Source: Eledone cirrhosa | Lineage: Eukaryota | Direction: 5' to 3' | Length of the DNA stretch: 64,000 nt | Assembly (NCBI GenBank): GCA_964016885.1 | Contig: OZ024750.1 | Span: 23,684,001-23,748,000 of the forward strand | Shown here: positions 1-13,432 of the stretch, piece by piece | Layout: every line of letters starts with the position of its first letter | Numbering within the stretch: position 1 is the first letter of the stretch | Made by a program: the position numbers and the translations under genes | The notes under the pieces: generated by a model | Databases searched by the model: none | What the model saw: the letters and a program-made list of their open reading frames with translations, nothing else | Told to the model about the DNA's origin: nothing

Positions 1-564
1 CTAATAGTAAAATATCCAGTTATATTTAGGTACCAAGTATTAGGTAAGGTACCTAAAGATGTTGCTAATGGTAACATATGTAATTGTATTAAGTATTAAG
101 ATGTTATTAATAGTAACATATCTAGTTATATTTAGGTACCGTATGTTAGGTTGGTACCAAGAAATGTTAATGGTAAGCTAAATATATCTTTAACCCATTC
201 CTGACAAACGTCTACTGAAAAATTTTGAAGAATTTAATAAAATTATTAATCATTAAGTTACTAAGATAGTATCTTAATATATGGTTCTTATATATAATTA
301 TTGTTTCTACTTTTGGCACAAGGACAGCAATTACCCAGTGTATTACTGGTACTTTATTTTATCGACCCCGTAAGGATGAAAGGCAAAGTTAACCTCGGCG
401 GGATTTGATCTCAGAATGGCAAGGGCCGTAACTCTATGCGTCAAAGCATGTCGTCCGACCCTCTACCGATACTGACAATCCAATATATAATTATGTTGGA
501 AATATTGAACTTGCATATATATATATATATATAGACAGTTGATCGACTTTCATCAAATCAGACC

Positions 565-742
565 GAGGAATTCTCTCACCTCTTTCTGTTCAAATTGGCC
601 ATAACTGGCCACTCATACTGATGTTAAGATATTGTTCTCAAAATAAATAATATCCAAATCTCATAGATCCGATATTATGTAAAGTAAAGCCTTTATTGTG
701 AAAATACAATAGTATATATAGAGTAATGTAAATGCTAAAGGG
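565..742 (+). mobile_element. piggyBac-type MITE, family A (5' truncated)
   Basis: Internal sequence and 3' TIR match the other copies. Confidence 0.75.
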
Positions 743-918
743 ATAATGACAGGGGCCCCAGTTTGATTAGGAAAAAAACATCTTACACCTACATAGGTTT
801 AGCTGGCTTCCTACAAGGTTGCATTTCTCAGGAGGCTCCTCAGGTGTTTTAATGATAGCAACACTAGTCCTATTATGAAAAGCAACATGAAATAAAGTCT
901 CTTCCTTAAGAACAGAAT

Positions 919-958
<40 letters not shown>

Positions 959-1190
959 CCAGCCTAGGAATCGAACCCACCACTTTATAATCCTGAGTCC
1001 CAAACCCTAAACATTAGGCCACACACTTTCACTATAATTAATATATCTGCTATTGATTTTTACCAGCTATTGAACCCCACTCTCCCTCCACATTCCTTTT
1101 TACTATTTTCAAAAGAAATCAATTATTGAACTGACTTGAATGGACGCCTTTGAGTGAACCTGCAATTCTCACTTGTATTGACCTAATTTG

Positions 1191-1930
1191 GTATGTGTAT
1201 GTCACTGTGTGTGTGTGTGTGTGAGTGGCTGGATGCGTGAGCATTTGTGTGTATGTGTGTGTGTGTGACTGAGTAAGTGTAACAAGGTATGTGTGCGTGT
1301 GAGTGACTGGGTGTATGCGTGAGCATTTGTGTGTGTGTGACTGAGTAAGTGTGACAAGGTATGTGTGTGTGTGAGTGACTGGATGTATGCGTGATCATTA
1401 GTGTGTGTGTGTGCGGGTGTGTGTGTGTGACTGAGTAAGTGTGACAAGGTATGTGTGTGTGAGTGACTGGATGTATGCGTGATCATTAGTGTGTGTGTGT
1501 GCGGCGGGTGTGTGTGTGTGACTGAGTAAGTGTGACAAGGTATGTGTGTGTGTGAGTGACTGGATGTATGCGTGATCATTAGTGTGTGTGTGTGTGCGGG
1601 TGTGTGTGTGTGACTGAGTAAGTGTGACAAGGTATGTGTGTGTGAGTGACTGGATGTATGCGTGATCATTAGTGTGTGTGTGTGCGGCGGGTGTGTGTGT
1701 GTGACTGAGTAAGTGTGACAAGGTATGTGTGTGTGTCAGTGACTGGATGTATGCGTGAGCATTTGTGTGTGTGTGTGCGGGTGTGTGTGTGTGAGACAAG
1801 GTATGTGTGTGAGTGACTGGATGTATGCATGAGCATTAGTGTGTGTGTGACTGGATGTATGCATGTCTGAATGGGTGTGCATGAGTATGTATGAGTGAGT
1901 GTGTATTTGTATGTTTGAGCATTTGTATGA

Positions 1931-1994
<64 letters not shown>

Positions 1995-2606
1995 GCGTGT
2001 AAGTGTTTGTGTATAATCGAGTGCTTGAGTTTGGCGAGTACTTGTATGAGAATGAATGCTTGTTTTTGTGTGTGTGTGAACATTTGTGTGTGTTTATTTA
2101 TGTGCAAATGTGGGTGAGTGTCTGAATGTGTGTGTGTGTGTGTGTGTGTGTGTGAGTGTGAGTGTGTATGTGAGTGTGTGTATGGAAGTGGAACATGTAC
2201 ATTATAATAAAAACAACAACTATAGTATTGACAACAAAATACAATGTAGTAGTAAACTCACTGTGAAGGTTGAGCTGTGTATGTATGTATGTGTGTGTGT
2301 GTGTATGTATGCGTGTGTATATGTATGTGTGTATGTGTAAGTATGTGTAAGTATGTGTGCGTATGTATATGTGTGTATGTCTGTGTGCGTATGTATGTGT
2401 GTATGTCTGTGTATGTATGTGTGTATGTCTGTGTATATTGTATGTATCTATGTGCATGTGTATGTGTATATCTATGTATCTATGTGCATGTGTATGTGTA
2501 TATCTATGTATCTATGTGCATGTGTATGTGTATATCTATGTATCTATGTGCATGTGTATGTGTATATCTATGTATCTATGTGTGTGCATGTGTATGCATA
2601 TATGTA
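1191..2606. repeat. (GT)n-based compound satellite with a ~60-bp higher-order unit (about 1210-1860)
   Basis: Unit gactgagtaagtgtgacaaggtat(gt)n-gagtgactggatgtatgcgtgatcatta repeated about 9 times. Confidence 0.95.
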
Positions 2607-3413
2607 TTGGAGATAATATCTATGACATGGAAATATTAAGTTTGGTGCAAGAGCGTGCAGTTAACCCACCAAGATTGAGAGGCCCCTAGTCCTTCTAACC
2701 TCTCATGTAAAACCCGTGACTCAATGGTAATCAATGATGTTGACTTGTTTTTCTTTTGGGATACCTGTCACCTACAGTGACAGGTATCCAAAGGCTTTTC
2801 TTCACTTAAAAAAGCTTCAAACACAGGCATCACTTGATCTAAATGACCTCCGCATGTGTTGCATGAGCATAGCCTTTTCTTTTCTTTATGTGTGTTTGTG
2901 TGTGTTTCATCATCAACTTGTCCATGCTGGCATGGGCTGGAAGGGTCTTTTTGAGGCAATCTTTTATAGCCAGATGCTTTACCTGACACCAACCCTTTTA
3001 GTCACTTCTTGTAACACACAGGGATAAAGAGTACTTATACTAAACTGGTTATATATATATATTAAGTATTGAGTACTCTGGTGCGTTATGGTCCATCTGG
3101 TTCCTTACCACAACTCCTTCGTTATATATATATATTTGTCTATTATTTCTCCATAGATACATTTTAAACTTATAGTCTCGTTTAAATGATTTTATATGTG
3201 GTTGATTTATACAGATTAGGAGAGGAAATACTGTATATATTTTATCTAATAGTTCTTCAAACTTGCAATTTTATATATAGCTCTGATTAATGATTATTTG
3301 CTTAATTAATTCTTCATTGAGCCACACCGTGAAAGGTTGCCAAACTCATATATGTATCTGTGACTATGTCTAATTATATATATATATATATATATACCCC
3401 TTTGAATTTAATA

Positions 3414-3443
<30 letters not shown>

Positions 3444-3445
<2 letters not shown>

Positions 3446-3769
3446 GTGTTAGGAAAGGCATCTAGCTGTAAAAATACCCAGCCAAATTTACTGCCCTCGT
3501 CGGAGCAAGGTGTGACATGGCCAACCATGGCCACCAGACTTGCCTCCCGTCTAACCCATGCTAGCGTGGAAGAACGGACGTAAAACGGTGATGATATATA
3601 TATATATATATATCATCATCATTTCTGTTTAACATCAGTTCTTCCACGCTAGCATGGGTTAGACGGGAGGCAAGTCTGGTGGCCATGGTTGGCCATGTCA
3701 CACCTTGCTCCGACGAGGGCAGTAAATTTGGCTGGGTATTTTTACAGCTAGATGCCCTTCCTAACACCA
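3444..3769. repeat. Tail-to-tail inverted pair of an RTE/SINE 3' tail across (TA)n
   Basis: Arms 3444-3575 and 3638-3769 (132 bp, one mismatch seen). Confidence 0.9.
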
Positions 3770-3781
3770 GCCACATATACA

Positions 3782-4015
3782 ATGTGAGACACACACATAT
3801 ATATATAGTGTAGGTAGTATAATAAAATACTGATGTTGGTACAAAAATATATCTTTTGTCGCATCACCATTCTGAGAAGCAGATCGATATTGGAGTCGGG
3901 TCCAAAACCCTTATGGGTCACCTTGAGCCAATCTTCTGCGAAACGCACGTAACCGGTTGATATGCAATAAATATTTTTCATATGTAAATAAGACTTCCTC
4001 GTTTTTTTCTATTAT
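3782..4015 (+). mobile_element. (TA)n-associated element with the same variant hammerhead-like motif
   Basis: CTTGA-GC-N9-GC-GAAAC-GCAC-GTA at 3922-3951, then AATAAA and a CCTCGTTTTT tail. The tail recurs at about 34291-34340. The 5' boundary is approximate. Confidence 0.55.
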
Positions 4016-4319
4016 ATATATAAATATATAATTACTGGTTATGTCTCTCGTAACTTGACAATACAACAAAATGATATTGATAAAAGTCCCAAATTTGAGT
4101 GTTTGTGGGTATGAGTGTGTTTCTGTCTAGAGTGTTTGTGTACATGGGTTAGTGTGTGCATGTATGAGTAAATGTGTGTGTGTGTGTGTGAGTGAATGTA
4201 TGTATATGAGTATATGTATGTGTGTGTATGAGTGAGTTTTTGTGTACGAGTGAGTGTGTGTATGAGTGAGTGCTTGTATTTATATATTGGGGTTGATAAA
4301 ATTGACTAACTCGCTTTAA

Positions 4320-4515
4320 CCCTTTAGCTTTTAAAGCAGCCGTAACCGGCCAGAATTCTCTCACCTCTTTCTGTTCAAACCACTGTAACCGACCACTCAT
4401 ACTGTTGTTCTCAAAATACATAATATCAAAATCTCATAGATTCGATATTATGTGAAGTAAAGCCTTTACCATGAAAATATAATAGTAAATATAGAGTAAT
4501 GTAAGTGCTAAAGGG
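4320..4515 (+). mobile_element. piggyBac-type MITE, family A
   Basis: TIRs ccctttagc / gctaaaggg flanked by TTAA on both sides. Confidence 0.85.
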
Positions 4516-4615
4516 TTAAGGTAGTGCTCCAACATGGCCACAGTCTAATGACAGAAACCAATTTAAAAAAATAAAAGAATGAAAGATTAAATGAATAATT
4601 TATTCTGTTTTAAAG

Positions 4616-4741
4616 CAGTCTTGAAAGATGATGACATTTTAAGCTGGTCGTCACAGAACAGCAGCTTTGGTAGTTGTGACAACAGGAACTGGTCTTGTGA
4701 TGTCAACCTAGCATATGTTGTCACAAAGATTCTGAATCTAT
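4616..4741 (+). CDS. Candidate internal exon of an unidentified gene (VLKDDDILSWSSQNSSFGSCDNRNWSCDVNLAYVVTKILNL)
   Basis: Non-repetitive 126-nt open frame between tctgttttaaag| and |gtatgt, phase 1-1. No homology recognised. Confidence 0.3.
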
Positions 4742-4875
4742 GTATGTGTGTGAGACACTAACATAAATTATATAAATAATGAATATTTATGTTAGAACAC
4801 ATCATATATTTGAAGATATATTGTAAACGTAAGGTAACTATAATGCTTTTTTGTTGTTGTTGTTTCCATTTACAG

Positions 4876-4952
4876 TAGAGTATGAAATCTCATTTATCCT
4901 CCCTGTTCATTGTCATTGCATTGAATACTGTCCATTAATGAGACCACATTGA
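4876..4952 (+). CDS. Candidate terminal exon (LEYEISFILPVHCHCIEYCPLMRPH*)
   Basis: Strong acceptor ttgtttccatttacag|, in phase with 4616-4741. It overlaps a local ~155-bp diverged duplication, which weakens the call. Confidence 0.25.
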
Positions 4953-6010
4953 GGCCTTTGGAGGGATCTGGTCTCTCCATCTACCATTGGGGTATCCTTG
5001 GTTTCTTTTTCCAAGTATCATACCCTCCAAACAGATTTAGAAAGACCTCCCACCCACCCCTGTTCATTATCACTGTCTTGTCCATGATTGATATTGAGTC
5101 CAATTTAGGGTCTAGTTACTCCATCTAACATTGGGGTATCCTTGGTTTCTCTTCCCAAACAGATTTTAGAGAGACCACAAATTAAGCATTAGATATGATA
5201 TAAGTTGTATTGTTTTTATATATATTGGAAGCCTTAGCTATGAAATGAACTGTGAAGTGTAAACACATTCATCTGTTTCTCCATACACAGAAAAATGTAA
5301 GAGATTATTCTTATGCTGACATTTCAAAGATTATTGTCACCTTAGAGAATAATTACCCCTATGATTCTATGTAGGAGGGGATATTGCTTAGCAACATTAT
5401 ATGTCATACAAAAATTATATCTTTATATCTTTCAAATCAATGTTTACTGAAGTGAGGTTCACAGGGGGCTCAGATTTCTTCTAGTTAAGGATAAAGATCC
5501 TACAACTCCTTGTGGAGTCGTATAGGAACTGTCATTTGGCGTTATCTAGGGCACTTTTAAACCTGGCGGAGCCCAACTCTCTCCAGGTCTGAACACAGCT
5601 GATTTTTTCTATAGAGGAAGAATCGACCCCAGTACTGGACTGGTACTTTTTTATCAACCTCGATAGGATGAAAGGCAAAGTTGACCACAGTGGGATTTGA
5701 ATTCAGAGCATGCATTGAAGTGGGACAAATACCATAAAGCATTCTATCCGACGTCTTGACGATTCTGAAAATTAGCTCCCATATCTACTAGGTAAGGTGT
5801 TCTTAAATAAGGAAAACCTTAAAAGATGTGGGCAGAAGTGGTAAAAGCTAAATCACACCTCACAAAGAAAGAAAGAGGTGGTAGGAATCTGCATTAGGGA
5901 GGGCTCATCTAACCCATGTAGGCATGAGAAAATGAACGTAAAAACAATGATGATGAAAACAATTATGATAAACATGTTCTCACTCTAAAATAATGTCTAT
6001 TACATTAAAA

Positions 6011-6221
6011 CCCTTTAGCATTTAAACCGGCCGTATCTGGCCAGAACTCTCTCACTTCTTTCTGTTCAAACCGGCTGTAACTGGCCACTTGTACTGATGT
6101 TAAGGTATTGTTCTCAAAATAAATAATATCAAAATCTCATAGATGTGAGCTAATCATGTGAGATAAAGCCTTTGCCATGAAAATACAATAGTAAATATAG
6201 AGTAATGTAAATGCTTAAGGG
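6011..6221 (+). mobile_element. piggyBac-type MITE, family A
   Basis: TIRs and internal sequence match; TTAA at the 3' end. Confidence 0.85.
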
Positions 6222-7175
6222 TTAAATGTCTCATTACAATTAAAATGAGTGAGATAATCTGTAAAATATTCGTATGGGTTCTACAAATTTTGGCAATCAT
6301 ACAATACACTATTTCCCTAAGTGGATTCTGTGAAAAATTCTACGGTTCTAGGAGTTAATATCATTTCTTTTAAAAAAATTTAATAAAATGTTATTATCTT
6401 TATACTTTTTATATAAATAAATTCTTTCTAAAACAATTTTTGTTTCATTTAATGATTAATTAAAGAATATAGGTTGTCTGTAAAATATTGGTATGGCTTC
6501 CACGACTTTGCAGGGAAAATCGTATATTAGGCTGTTTCCCAAAGTGGATACCACAGAATGCAGTGTCTTTTAAATAAAAAGTTGATATATGTTTTTATTT
6601 TTATAAATAAATTCTTTCTCTGTAAAACAATGTTTGTTTCATTTAATGTCTAATTAAAATTTTAATAGAGAAGATTATCTGTGAAATATAAGTATGGCTT
6701 CAGCAATTTCTGGAAAATTATATAAGGCACTGTTCACCTAACTGGGTTTTATAAGACGAGGTGTATTTTTAATAAAATTTAAATATATATTGACTCCATA
6801 GTTATATATATATATATATACACACATATATATACACACACACATATATATATATATATATTCCATTATAACAAATTTTTCAGAATAGGAAAATTTATTT
6901 TCAATCCCCGAGGTAATAAGAAACAAACGCTCGTTACAACAAATTTTTTTTTATACCCCATGAATTTCGTTACAACAGAATTTCGCTAAATAAATATATA
7001 TATATATTTATTAAAATAACAGATTATTATTATTATATATATAAGTAAGAAATTTTGTTTCATTTTTGCCGTTTATATATATATGTATGTAAAAGGCAAA
7101 CAGAAATAACAACACAATCGGTACAGTATATGGAAGGAATATATTAGATTAATGCTTGAAATAGCAGGAAGAGGG

Positions 7176-7211
7176 TCTTAACGTTTCGGACGCTAGTCCT
7201 TCATCAGAAGA
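7176..7211 (-). ncRNA. Minimal type I hammerhead ribozyme (Penelope-type)
   Basis: Minus strand reads tctt CTGATGA a ggac tagc gtcc GAAA cg TT aaga: 4-bp stems I and II, palindromic AACGTT in place of stem III; lies in a ~220-bp island between (TA)n tracts. Confidence 0.8.
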
Positions 7212-8935
7212 AAGAATTAGAAATAGGATAGATTGAAGGGACGGGCGGGTTGGAATTGGAAAAAATGTCTTTAGATAAAAATAACAGGTCCATTCATGTT
7301 GACATCTCTCTCTCTATATATATATATACACATATATGTATTTGAACAATAAAAACAGAGGTCAGGTGTAGGTAGATAGTTAGTTCATTGTTTTAGGATC
7401 GTTTCAGAGGGTTGATTGTTCAATGGAGATTGATGTATCAACTAACATGGTAGTGATTAAGTTACTACCTATTTCTAGTCTCGAAAACTCTGTTCAATCA
7501 GCCGATATATATATATATATATATTATATATCGACAAAAAGCATCAAGTTACTCCATCTAAAAAGCATCAAGTCCACACTGTAAAGTGTGTCATGGCAAA
7601 AAACACCTAGTCCACACTGTAAAGTGGTTGTGTAAAAGTCACAGCAAAAAGCGCCCAGTACTCACTGTAAATGAGGTTGGTGTTAGGAACAGCATCCAGC
7701 TGTAGAAATCAAGCCCAAATCAGTTCTGTATGAGCAAGACATGGTCACCTGACCTGGCATTGCTCACAACAGGACAACTCATCTAACCCATGCTAGCTGT
7801 AGAAATCAAGCCAGAAACAGTTCTGATGAGCAGGATAGTCACCTGACCCAACCTGCTTCAAATGGAATAACCCGTTTAACCCATGCTAGCATGGAAGGTG
7901 GACGTTAAACAGCGATGATGATGATAATGATGATATATATATGAATAAATTCTATTTCTAAAGTAATTTTTGTTACAATTAATACCCTATTAAAATTATG
8001 GTGATGAGGATTTATCATCATCATCATCATCAATTTCTACATTCACTTTTCCATACTGGCATGGGTTCGACAGTGTTTTACAACTAGATGCCCTTCCAAA
8101 GGCCAACCCTTTTAGTGGCTTTTTATGATATGCAGGGATACGCTGTACCTATTTTAAACTATGGGATACATACAGTTTTGTCTACAAAATATAGATATTG
8201 GTTCTATGATTTTTGGAAAATTGTAAAAGACATAGGTTCCAAAAACAGGTTCAGAAAAAAAATTCTGGGGTTCCATTGATTAGAAAATCTTCTAATAAAA
8301 TTTTATAAAAAATACATTATATAAGTTCTTTTATATTAAAAATATTCTCTGTCTAAAACAACTTTTGTTAAATTTAATGTAGTGTTAAAGTTAGGGTAGT
8401 AGTGATTGTTTGGAAAATATAGGTATGGGTTCTGAGAATTTGGGAATGTTGTATAAGATAATGTTTACTAAAGTGGGTTCTAGGGAAACCCAGGGATTTA
8501 CAAAACATTTCTAGGATTCCACAAGACAAGGTGTCTTTTAATAAAATTTTATGATAATGTATGTGGTTGTTTTTCATATACATATATATATTATTTCTCT
8601 AAAATAATTTTGGTTTAATTTAATATCTAACCCTTTTGATGCCAACCTGCACAACATTTCCCATCGCCATCTTTTGTGTTCTATTAATTCTAAAACATTA
8701 GAACATTTTTCACAGATCGCAGTGTTCATGTGACAAACGGACAAAATGACTACAGTTATTATTATATAGCAAGTGAAAACAGTAATATGATGTAACGATA
8801 CAACCAACTATATATATATATATATAGCACTTATACAGTGCTATAAATATATTTATATATATCTAGCAATCTTGATACAATATATGATAATAACCTATAA
8901 CTAATAGTTACCAATGTGTATGTTTGTGTACATGA

Positions 8936-8980
<45 letters not shown>

Positions 8981-8996
8981 TATATATATATATGAG

Positions 8997-9030
<34 letters not shown>

Positions 9031-9099
9031 AACATACATGGTCCAACCCATGCCAGCATAGTAAAACAGACATTAAATGATGATAATGATGACAATTAT

Positions 9100-9144
<45 letters not shown>

Positions 9145-9325
9145 AATATCTATATATTCTTGTTACTACAAATAATTACTTTTTTCTTTAAACTGTTTAC
9201 TTTAAAACGAGATATGTATCTTTAGATATGTATCTAAAAACCTTCCATCATAATTTCATCTAAGAACCTTTGTTAGGTTATCTTCCAAACAAACACCAGA
9301 TAAGAAAACTTGCTAGATTACTTAA

Positions 9326-9550
9326 CCCACCCTTTAGCATTTAAACCAGCCGTATTTGGCCAGAATTCTTTCACCTCCTTCTGTTAGAACCAGCCCCAAC
9401 TGCCTGTTCATACTGCTGTTAAGGTATTGTTCTCAAAATAAATAATATCAAAATCTCATAGATTCGCTATTATGTGAGATAATTATGTAAGATAAAGCCT
9501 TTACTGTGACGATACAATAGTTTTTATAGAGTAATGTAAATGCTAAAGGG
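9326..9550 (+). mobile_element. piggyBac-type MITE, family A, nested in family B
   Basis: TTAA on both sides; flanks (about 9190-9627) match family B. Confidence 0.8.
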
Positions 9551-10807
9551 TTAAACCCTCTCCAAATTCTTGATTATTTCCAAAATCATTTGAACATCAT
9601 TAGAAGTATGGTAACAAAAGGCTTAATGATTCACTGTGTCTGTTCTATTTATTTCTTCTTCTTCCTCCTAAATATCGATATATACCAAAGTTTGTTGACT
9701 GCCAATGGCCTCTTTATACCAACATTAACATACATTAAATAACTTTGTACAAAAAGACGAGCAGTATTTTGTAGCGAAGACTACTTATTGCTAACAATAA
9801 TAATAATGATAAATTTGGTATATTTTCTTGGCCACAAGGACTCACAATGTTGGGGACACTACAAGGATGAATTACAACAAAAAGTGGGGTTAACATTGAG
9901 TAAAAAGGTTCAAAAACAACAAAAACAAGAAATGTAACAAGAGATTTCCAACAAGAAAAATCCCCCAAATAGTAGTAGTTTCTGATTTAGGTACAAGGCC
10001 AACAATTTTGGGGGCGGAGAAAGTCAATTAAATCGACCCAGTACGTTACTGGTACTTTATTTTATCGACCTCGTAAAGATGAAAGGCAAAGTTAACTTCA
10101 GGATGTAAAGAGACAGAACTGAAAGTCTCAAAGCTTTCTGTTAAATGCTCTCACAATCCTACCAATCCACTGGCCTCAATAATAATGATGATGATGATTT
10201 TTTTCATTGGCCATAAGGGCTGCAGATGTTGGAAACAATACAAGGGTGAAAAGCAACAACAGCAAGTGTAAGAAGGATATTAACAATTTATCAAGAAGTG
10301 AAAACACAAAATATACTGTCAAATTAATGTTTTGTTAAAATATACAATTTTTCTGTGAGGTCAGTGGATGATAATGAATAGTTATTGATAATTATAAACC
10401 ATTTTGTTATATTTCTAATAAAAACAGTGTTAATGATTTTCAAATAATTTTGAAAATAATCAAGAACTTGGAGGGATTTAATATAAGTTTCTTATTAAGT
10501 TGGTGTTTGGAGCATAACTTAACACAGGTTCTTATATAAATGATGGTGAAAGGATTTTAGTTAAAGAATAACACTTTAAAAAGAAGTGTTGTATTGTAGC
10601 ACTAAGGGTGCTTTCAGGCAGTTTAGTATCAAAAGATTAATTTGGTAGAGTTAATTTAAAAACATGAAGATACATCACTCCCAAATGTTTTCTTTTTAGA
10701 ACAATCTTTCTCTAGCAATATTATTTTCTAAAAAATACCATTTCAGTTTTAAAGTGATGATATAAACATATTGTATATATCTGTGTATATGAGATGAAAA
10801 ACCAGTT

Positions 10808-11420
10808 TCTGGTTTATCTACCAAACCTACAAAACCTCAATCCAAAATATATGGTACATTGTAAATGTTCTATGGTAAATGTAGGTGTGACTTATCTACT
10901 GGACTTACAAAATCTCATTTCAAAATATACAGTATACTGTAGATGCTGAATGTAAAATGGAGATGTGACTTATCTACTGGACATACAAAACGTCAATTCA
11001 AAATATATGGTACACTGCAAACGTTGTATGTAAAATGGAGGAGTGTGTTATCTACTGGACCTACAAAACCTCAATTCAAAATATATGGTACATTGTAACT
11101 TATCCACTGGACATACAAAACCTCAATTCAAAATATACAGTTCATTGTAAATGTTCTATGGTAAATGTAGGTTTGACTTATCTACTGGACTTACAAAATC
11201 TCATTTCAAAATATACTGTACACTCTAGATGCTGAATGTAAATCTATGGAAAATGGAGATGTGACTTATTTACTGGAAATACCAAAACCTCAGTTCAAAA
11301 TATATGGTACACTGTAAATGCTGAATGTAAAATGGAGAAGTGACTTATACGCTGGTCCTAGAAAACCTCAATTCAAAATATATGGTACATTGTAGATGCT
11401 GGATGTGAAATGTAGGTGTG
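10808..11420. repeat. Diverged ~80-bp minisatellite
   Basis: gtgacttatctactggac.tacaaaacctcaattcaaaatatatggtac repeated about 8 times. Confidence 0.9.
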
Positions 11421-11741
11421 GAGGAGCAGCTTAATCTGCAGGCTGGACGTATACATGAGTGGAGTATAAACGACAATTGGCAAAAATACAGAACACAGAT
11501 GAAACACTATAAGACAACAGCAGCACAAGAGACAACAAGACAATATTAACTACTACAGACATTGTAGAGAAAAAAATATTATTACTTGATGCCATTTCTC
11601 TAATCTCATCTGTGGAATACTCGAAAAAAACAGGAATGACACATTGTTTGTGAAGAAGGAGGCCAAGATATTATTTACAACAATGTTGAGGAATGTCCAC
11701 TGCGATATATATAATATATATATAAATATATATATATACAA

Positions 11742-11772
<31 letters not shown>

Positions 11773-11980
11773 AATGTGTGTATGTATATATATATTTATA
11801 TATACAGAAGTATATAGCAAGCTGTCAGTTCTATAGAGTGGTATAAGAGGAGCATGAGACTGGGTTTGTCCGCAGCAAATCTGTACAGTAGCAGCAGGTA
11901 GAGATAAACTACAGACTCACCATTTCCATACACCTACTGCTGCTGTTGCTGTTGCTGTTACTGATGTTGTTATTAACAGC

Positions 11981-12011
<31 letters not shown>

Positions 12012-12321
12012 ACTGCTGCAGTAGTATTTATCACAACAGTGTGCAACTAGAAGCAGCAGCAGCAACATACATACATACATACATACATACATACATACAC
12101 ACATACACACACACATACATATACACACATATAAATGCATATATGCACAACACACACACTCACGCATATATATATATATATATATATATATGGTCCAACC
12201 CTTGCTCGCAAGGAAAGCAGATGTTAAATGACGATGATGATGATGACTGCTACATACATTCCTATGTATCATTATCATCATCCTCATACGTCCACTTGAT
12301 GATGATGATTATGATGTGTGA

Positions 12322-12322
<1 letters not shown>

Positions 12323-12368
<46 letters not shown>

Positions 12369-12406
12369 CGGAGAGGGCTAATAGCGATACTTCGGCCAAA
12401 TATGTA

Positions 12407-12437
<31 letters not shown>

Positions 12438-12578
12438 GTATATATGCATATATATGTATATATGCATATATATGTATATATATGCATATATATGTATATA
12501 TATATATACATATATATGCATATATATGCATATATATGTATATATATATATACATATATATGCATATATATGTATATA

Positions 12579-12616
<38 letters not shown>

Positions 12617-12795
12617 TATATATGTATATATGCATATATATGTATATATATATATATATACGTAGGTCCCGGGTTGAGTCGGGGATTGAAGATTTCATCT
12701 GAATGAAACAGTACTAGTCCTGTAGAAGCTCCTTCTATAAAATAATATATATATATATATATATGCATATATATGTATATATGCATATATATGTA

Positions 12796-12826
<31 letters not shown>

Positions 12827-12895
12827 GCATATATATGCATATATATGTATATATGCATATATATGTATATATATGTATATATGCATATATACATA

Positions 12896-12935
<40 letters not shown>

Positions 12936-13065
12936 CATATATATATATATGCATATATATATATACATACATATATATATATATATGCATATATACATAC
13001 ATATATATATATATATGTGTATATATATATATATGTATATATATGTATATATATAGACATATATA
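12323..13065. repeat. (TA)n / (TATATGCA)n compound microsatellite
   Basis: Direct inspection. Confidence 0.95.
12661..12745 (+). mobile_element. Short (TA)n-embedded element with degenerate hammerhead
   Basis: TTGAAGA-t-ttc-atct-gaa-t-GAAA-C-agtacta-G-TC; same family as 35767-35854. Confidence 0.5.
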
Positions 13066-13432
13066 TAGTATGCTCCCACCCACTCCCACTGTAAAGGGGT
13101 CGTGTAGGTGTATCACAGTAAAAAAAATACGCAGCACTCACTGTAAATGAGGTTGGAGTTAGGAAGGACATCCAGCTGTAGAAATCAAGCCAAAATCAGT
13201 TCTGTATGAGCAAGACATGGTCACCTGACCTGGCTTTGCCCCCACAACAGGACAATCCGTCTAACCCATGCTAGCGTGAAAGAATGGACGTAAAACGGTG
13301 ATGATGATGACATACATATATATATGTATATTATTTATCCCATATCTTACGTTAAAAATTTTTCATCTCCATGTTATAGTCACTTATATGTCTGAATTAT
13401 TGTCAGCTTTTTGCTTACATTAATTTCTCTAC

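Noticed and set aside
1-180. Scattered TTAGG motifs suggesting telomeric repeat
   Set aside because: Not tandem; part of a diverged AT-rich local repeat.
1183-2689. His/Thr-rich and Cys/Val-rich ORFs
   Set aside because: (GT)n-based satellite.
11586-11699. Possible phase 0-0 minus-strand exon (WTFLNIVVNN..EKWHQ)
   Set aside because: The acceptor sits in (TA)n without a polypyrimidine tract, and no partner exons were found.
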